Below are positions 58,517-64,000 of a stretch of 64,000 nucleotides of DNA, piece by piece; position 1 is the stretch's first letter, and every line of letters starts with the position of its first letter. This stretch comes from Acidobacteriota bacterium (lineage in GTDB: Bacteria > Acidobacteriota > UBA6911 > RPQK01 > CBDAPI01), in contig CBDBHK010000035.1 in NCBI GenBank assembly GCA_965205615.1, positions 162,620-226,619 of the forward strand, given 5' to 3'. Under the pieces are notes generated by a model. The model saw only the letters and a program-made list of their open reading frames with translations, had not been told where the DNA came from and did not search any database. The position numbers were made by a program, and so were the translations under genes.

Positions 58517-60750
58517 CTACTTTTCCCGGTCAGCGAGCTTCTTCCGGAGTAGCGCCGGTTGTGGCTTTCGCAGCAGCAACCCGAAAAGCGCAAGCAGAGC
58601 AAGTCCCGCAATCGACGACCACCACACGAAGGGCAGCCTCCACGTGTCGATTCCGTTCCCCCCGGCCTGGGCTCTGTTCGTGTCGGCGCTCAGGACCAGT
58701 CTGCTTTCGCCACCAAGGTCCTTTTCCAGCAGGTTGTCGACGATTGGAGGTACCCGAGATACCGAAACAGAGCTTTGCAGCAGCAATGTCGGTTCAGCCG
58801 CTGGAACTGGGGCCGGCCGCTCCAGAACCACGGGCGAGACCCGGGCAGCAACCGGCAGCGCTGCAACGGGGCCCAGCGATACTTTCTTCACAACAGCCTC
58901 TTTTTGCAACTGCGCTTTTGTTTCCACGCTTCCCGAAGGAATTGATGCCGCCCCTTCGAATGTCACGTTGACGCTTGCCCGCGAGGCGCTCAGAGCGGAG
59001 AGTTCCCGAACCGGCATAGCAGGCATAGGCATAGGTAACACTTGCAGGGCCAGCGGAGCGACCCGGCCGGTGAACACACTCTCGACGCCGTGCTCGGTCC
59101 TTTCTTCCGGTATGGACCCCGAGCCCCCCCCCTATCAACGACGGCAAAGGTCTCTTCGGTAGTTTGCGGCGAGTGTACCGTTTCCTTGAACACCGGCACA
59201 AGACTCAGTTCGCCGCGTTCGTCATAGTCTCCAGCAACCGTGTGTGGAGTACCGGGAGCAGCCTCAGTGAGTGCCGCTGCCGGGTCAGGGGCTGTAGAAT
59301 CCCGGCCCTGAACCAGTTGTATCACCTGCAGATTCCGGTGGAGCGGCAGTTGCGCGAGTTGAGCAACGCCCGGATTCTCTCCTAGATCTCCGGAAACTTC
59401 CTGACGCGTGGCCGCAGCCACCGGTTCGGAATCGATTGACCCGAACGGTTTCGATACAGTCCCAGAATCCGCCAGTTGGCCGACCGATCCTCCGAGACCC
59501 GCGGGGAGTTCCACAAGTTCCACGACACCCGGTGCGAGAACTCTCTGAACATAAGTCGGCTTTCTCGACTCGGCAGGGTTGGGCCCAGGCTCGGCAGTCT
59601 CATCCGTTGAAGAGAGGCTGACGGAAACGCTGGAAGGGATCGCTGAAGGCGAATCTGCGCCCCGCGACGGGTCGGTCGGACCGGAAATTCTGATCTGTCC
59701 GGCTTTCAATTCAACGATCGCGTAGGTGCTCAACGAAGGCACCGATTGGATATCAACGGTGGTTCCATCGCCAGGGCTGAGTGAAACGACTACCGGGATG
59801 GGAAGACGTGAGGCGACGACTGACAGCTGCAGTGCCAGGTCCTCGTTGCCAGGTAAATACTGGAGCGCCTTCTTCAACGCGCGGTGGGCCTCAGCCCACT
59901 GTTCGGCAGCCATCAGTTCCTCACCGAGGCGGGCGTATGCTTCACCGGCAGGCAATCCGTGCCTGAGATGCGCCAGGGCGCCATCGCTCTCGCCGATCCT
60001 GACGAGAGCCGTTGCCAGAAGCTCTCGGGCCGGTGTTGATGTTGGGTTCAGCTCGAGAGCCCGTTTGCCATAGCTTTGAGCCAGCTTCCACTGCTCCGCC
60101 CCGAGGGAGGCTTGAGCGAGTGCCAGGAGAAGAGACAGCCGATCCGGGTAAGCGCGATGGGCTTCTTTGAGCGCTTCCAACGACCTCTCGTATTCACCTC
60201 GCTGCAGATAAATCTTGCCCAGAAGGGCCAGATTCGCCGGCGCTCGGTCCAGGTGGACCGCCTGCCGGGCATGATAAAGGGCAGACGAGGTAGAGCCCAT
60301 TTTCTCCCAGACGAGAGCCAGACCCGACTCGATTTCGGGATCGACTGCGGGCATTGTGCGCAGCCTGTCCAAGGTCTCAAACGCCTTGACCAGTTCCCCT
60401 TCCTTAATCAAGGCCCGCGCCAGCTCTTTCTGCACTTTCAGGTTGTTTGGACCTTCAGCCGCACGGTCTGCAAGCTCCCGGACCTGGGCACTCATGATCG
60501 CGACCGGGCCATCCTCAACGGCCCTGATACGATCGCCCTCGGATGTCCGATACATCGTCTCGAGATACTCGGAGATCTGTTTGGAGCTGACCGACCTATA
60601 GGAACTCGGATCAGCCTTGGGTTTTGTCTCGCCAAGCGTCACGCTTTGCGGATGGGCTGGTTGAACCGACCTGGGCCCACACCCGTGACCGAAAAGACAG
60701 AACAGTCCGGCCGCAGCCACTCCTCTTTTAGCTCGCTTTTGTTTGAACAA
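58517..60750 (-). CDS. TadD-like TPR lipoprotein with a low-complexity stalk and C-terminal TM anchor, frameshifted at G9 (59124-59132)
   Basis: Lipobox-like FGHGC and TPRs. G10 would read DRGGGSGSIPEE... into ORF 58517-59077, which ends in a TM helix and basic tail. Confidence 0.7.
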
Positions 60751-60776
60751 GACGTGCCTCCACCCTGAGCTGCTTC

Positions 60777-61685
60777 CTATTGGGTTCCTGCCAGGAGTGG
60801 GAGGAGCTCCCTGATCAGGCCGATTACGGCCGGTCCGGCGACGACGGCGAAAATTGCAGGGAAGATGAAAATGACAAGAGGTATGACGATCTTGACATTC
60901 ATTTTCGCGGCCTTTTCCTCAGCCCGTTGGCGTCTCTTCACTCGTAGGGATTCTGAAAACACACGCAGGGAATCGGCAATGCTGGTGCCAAACCGATCCG
61001 TTTGGACCAGACTTCCGACCAGCGCCCTCACGTCATCTACGGCAGTTCTATCGGCCAGATCTCGTAGTGCCTCGGGTCTTTTCCAACCAGCACTCACCTC
61101 CAGATTGTACAGGTGCAACTCTTGCGAGAGATCTGGATGAGTCTCTTCCAGCTCCTGTCCGATTCTCTGCAAAGCCTGGTCGAGGCCCATTCCAGCTTCT
61201 ACACAAACGACGGCCAGGTCCATCATGTCCGGCAGTGCCAGCTGGATTCGTTCCTTCCGCTTCGATATTCGGAGCCTCAGCCACATATCCGGAAGCACCA
61301 TTCCCATGACCACCGGGAGCATGATTCCCAGCAGAGGATTCGAGAAAGGCAACCCCAGCACGGCCAATACCAGGAAGGAGATCAGGCCGGTCGTAACCAT
61401 CGCTCCGTACCAGATCCAGATCGCGTTCCTGCTCCTGAACCCGGCCGTCACCAGGCGGTGTTGCTCCTTGACCCGCTTTTCCTCGGACAAAGGCAACGCT
61501 TTGCCCAGAGGAATGAGCATTTCGGAAAGTCGATCTCCGATGGGTTCCGCGTTCTCCGGACCCTGGTGCTCCGGCAGTACCCTCTTACGAAGACTGACTC
61601 CCCTCCTGAGGACTCCGGAAAGAAGGAAGAATATTCCGATGAAGAAAAGTGCGCCGGCGACCAACAGTAGAATAGTGATATCCAT
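60777..61685 (-). CDS. tadC: Flp pilus assembly protein TadC
   Basis: LPDMMDL..VCVEAGMGL, QTDRFGTSI and RRQRAEEKAAK motifs. Confidence 0.92.
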   Translation of the reverse strand: MDITILLLVAGALFFIGIFFLLSGVLRRGVSLRKRVLPEHQGPENAEPIGDRLSEMLIPLGKALPLSEEKRVKEQHRLVTAGFRSRNAIWIWYGAMVTTGLISFLVLAVLGLPFSNPLLGIMLPVVMGMVLPDMWLRLRISKRKERIQLALPDMMDLAVVCVEAGMGLDQALQRIGQELEETHPDLSQELHLYNLEVSAGWKRPEALRDLADRTAVDDVRALVGSLVQTDRFGTSIADSLRVFSESLRVKRRQRAEEKAAKMNVKIVIPLVIFIFPAIFAVVAGPAVIGLIRELLPLLAGTQ

Positions 61686-61699
61686 TCAGACGCTCCTTA

Positions 61700-62994
61700 G
61701 GACAGTGACGGAAATTAACTGGCCGTCTTCTGGGTTTTGTTGTTTATTTCGGTGGCATGAAGCGCAACGTGGAATTGGAAGCCAGCATCGTCGCGAAGTA
61801 TACGGCAGTTTCGCCCGTGTTGGATGAGCGCAGTCACCGCCGGTGGGCGGCCGCCGAGTCTCTGTCCATCGGCTATGGCGGGGATGCGCTGGTGTCGTCG
61901 GCCACGGGTCTGGCCCGGGAGACGATTCGGAAGGGTCGCCGGGAGATCTCGCAAGGCGAAGCGCCGACAGACCGGGTACGGCGTCCGGGTGCCGGACGGC
62001 CCCGTCTCGAACAGAGCCAGCCCGGTCTGCTGGCGGCACTGGAAGGTCTGGTGGACCCGCTGACACGCGGAGACCCGACCTCGCCGCTACGCTGGACATG
62101 CAAGAGTCGGGCGAAGCTGGCCGCGGTGCTGGCACAACAGGGGTGGCGAGTGAGTTCGACCACCGTCGGCCGGATGCTGCATCAACTGGGCTACCGGCTG
62201 CAATCGGTCCGCAAGCGTCAGGAGGGAGCGAGCCACCCGGACCGTAACGCGCAGTTCGAGTACATCAACGCGACCGCGGACGCGTTTTTGGCCGACGGGC
62301 AGCCGGTGATCTCGGTCGACACAAAGAAGAAGGAGATGGTCGGGAACTTCAAGAACGGCGGGCGGGAATGGCAGCCGAAGGGGACGCCGGCGGCGGTGTT
62401 GGTCCATGATTTCCCAAGCGACGCGGAGGGCAATGCGATTCCGTACGGTGTCTACGACATGGCGCGCAACGAAGCCTGGGTGAGCGTGGGATGGGACCAT
62501 GACACACCGACGTTCGCGGTGGCGTCGATTCGCCACTGGTGGCACCAGATGGGCTGCGGCGCCTACCCCGATGCCACAGCCCTGTTCATCACGGCCGATT
62601 CGGGCGGGAGCAACGGATATCGGTATCGCGCCTGGAAGCATGAGCTCCAACAGTTGGCCGACGAGACCGGACTGACCATCCAGGGGAGCCATTTTCCACC
62701 CGGCACCAGCAAGTGGAACAAGATCGAGCACCGGCTCTTCTGTCACATCACGGCGAACTGGCGCGGTACCCCGCTGACGACGTATGAGACTATCGTCGAC
62801 CGTATCGGGAACACCCGGACGGCGACCGGGCTCCGGGTCCTGGCCGAACTCGACGCCGGTCAGTATCCCACGGGAGTCAAGGTGACCCAGGAACAGATGG
62901 ACGCAATCGCGCTGGTCCGCGATGCGTTCCATGGGGAATGGAATTACAAACTGTTACCCCGATCAAGTTGACAGCTTTATATCGATCACTGTCC
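61700..62994 (+). mobile_element. ISAzo13-family element (TTA target duplication)
   Basis: IRs GGACAGTGA / TCACTGTCC; TTA at 61697-61699 and 62995-62997. Confidence 0.92.
61757..62971 (+). CDS. ISAzo13-family transposase
   Basis: RGDP.SPLRWT.KS, HPDRNAQF, ISVDTKKKE, ADSGGSNG, PPGTSKWNKIEHRLF and HGEWNY motifs. Confidence 0.95.
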   Translation: MKRNVELEASIVAKYTAVSPVLDERSHRRWAAAESLSIGYGGDALVSSATGLARETIRKGRREISQGEAPTDRVRRPGAGRPRLEQSQPGLLAALEGLVDPLTRGDPTSPLRWTCKSRAKLAAVLAQQGWRVSSTTVGRMLHQLGYRLQSVRKRQEGASHPDRNAQFEYINATADAFLADGQPVISVDTKKKEMVGNFKNGGREWQPKGTPAAVLVHDFPSDAEGNAIPYGVYDMARNEAWVSVGWDHDTPTFAVASIRHWWHQMGCGAYPDATALFITADSGGSNGYRYRAWKHELQQLADETGLTIQGSHFPPGTSKWNKIEHRLFCHITANWRGTPLTTYETIVDRIGNTRTATGLRVLAELDAGQYPTGVKVTQEQMDAIALVRDAFHGEWNYKLLPRSS

Positions 62995-63005
62995 TTAGTA
63001 CTCGG

Positions 63006-63980
63006 CTACACTCGAATGCTGACAATCTTGCGGAGCACCATGAAACCAAGGAACTGCATGACCAGAGCTACTGCGATGAACATGTGGCCGAGCGGATCTT
63101 CGAACAACCGTTCCATGTAAGCAGGGTGGAGAATATAAAAGAGAAGACCGGCAACCGGTGGCAGGATTGTCAGGATGATCAGGGAAAGTCTACCCTCAGC
63201 CGTATAGATACGAATCTGCCGCAGAATCTTGAAACGCTCTCTAACCACGGTTGCGAGGTTCGAAAGGATCTCCGCCAGGTTTCCTCCCGATTGAGTCTGG
63301 ATCTGCATGGTCGTAACGAAGATGCGGACATCTGGAAGCGGCATTCGGACGCACAGGTTCTCGAGAGCCTCTCTCAAGGGCAGACCCAGATTCTGCTGCT
63401 CGTAGAGAATGTGAAACTCCTGGTTCAGCGGTGCAGGCATCTCGTCCGAAATCAGTTCAAAGGCAGACGAAACCGCGTAGCCGGTACGGACGGCCCGCGC
63501 CAGCATATCCATGGCATCCGGAAAAAGTTCCTCGAACTTCAGAAAGCGTCGTCGGCGCAAAAACGAGACATACAGCAGTGGTGCCGTAGCCGCGAGCGCG
63601 GCTGCCACCAGGCTGACCACGAATGACATTCCCAGCAGGAAGGTCAACACATAGCCGCCCAGCGCCAAGACAACCGAGAGCATCGCCAGCACAGTGGGAC
63701 GCAGTTCGATTCCCGCCTGCTGGATATAGAGATCCATCTCGTTGACAAACGGCAACTGGAGGAGCAGTCGCTCGAAGAAAGGCAGCCCGGACACAACCTC
63801 CTCACGGACAAGCGCCAGGCCGTCTTCCGCCGGAGAGCGAAAAGACACCTGCTGAATCGCTTCCAGCCGGGTGCGCATACGTCTCCGGTCCGCAGGCACC
63901 TGGACCAGGAAATAGAAGAGGACGGTCGTAACCCCGAAAACACCTAGAAACGCAAGAGTGAGAAGAATCCAGATTGGCAT
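63006..63980 (-). CDS. tadB: Flp pilus assembly protein TadB
   Basis: FPDAMDMLARAVRTG, GGNLAEIL and TAEGRLS motifs. Confidence 0.92.
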   Translation of the reverse strand: MPIWILLTLAFLGVFGVTTVLFYFLVQVPADRRRMRTRLEAIQQVSFRSPAEDGLALVREEVVSGLPFFERLLLQLPFVNEMDLYIQQAGIELRPTVLAMLSVVLALGGYVLTFLLGMSFVVSLVAAALAATAPLLYVSFLRRRRFLKFEELFPDAMDMLARAVRTGYAVSSAFELISDEMPAPLNQEFHILYEQQNLGLPLREALENLCVRMPLPDVRIFVTTMQIQTQSGGNLAEILSNLATVVRERFKILRQIRIYTAEGRLSLIILTILPPVAGLLFYILHPAYMERLFEDPLGHMFIAVALVMQFLGFMVLRKIVSIRV

Positions 63981-64000
63981 TAGATAACTGTCCGGCGGCT

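Overview
GC-rich bacterial chromosome segment. The lineage is probably Acidobacteriota-like; this is inferred from two acidobacterial-type VWA proteins and a multidomain secreted metzincin. Core genes include parE/parC, ribE/ribBX, ku, mntR, tsaC, ilvB-ilvN-ilvC with a divergent LysR regulator, the trpS-scpA-scpB-rluB operon, sppA, a class I aldolase and part of a tad pilus locus. Mobile DNA is dense: three 1737-bp IS1380-family copies (one intact, two nonsense-inactivated), an IS200-type tnpA element, an ISAzo13 element, a CTAG-flanked MITE, a CTAG-bounded mini-repeat family and GTAG-type REP hairpins. The most unusual signals are: (i) TAG is the main stop codon, and several element families sit exactly on those stops; (ii) a swapped 20-nt patch lies inside a structured IS1380 leader; (iii) a protein is built from about five tandem GT9-like N-terminal domains and is coupled to a GT2-GT4 fusion; (iv) riboflavin synthase is fused to a membrane/exported domain. 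Six non-IS genes carry frameshifts or a nonsense codon, three at homopolymers, so sequencing error cannot be excluded. I found no rRNA, tRNA or CRISPR array. All calls come from motif recognition by eye; no database search was run.
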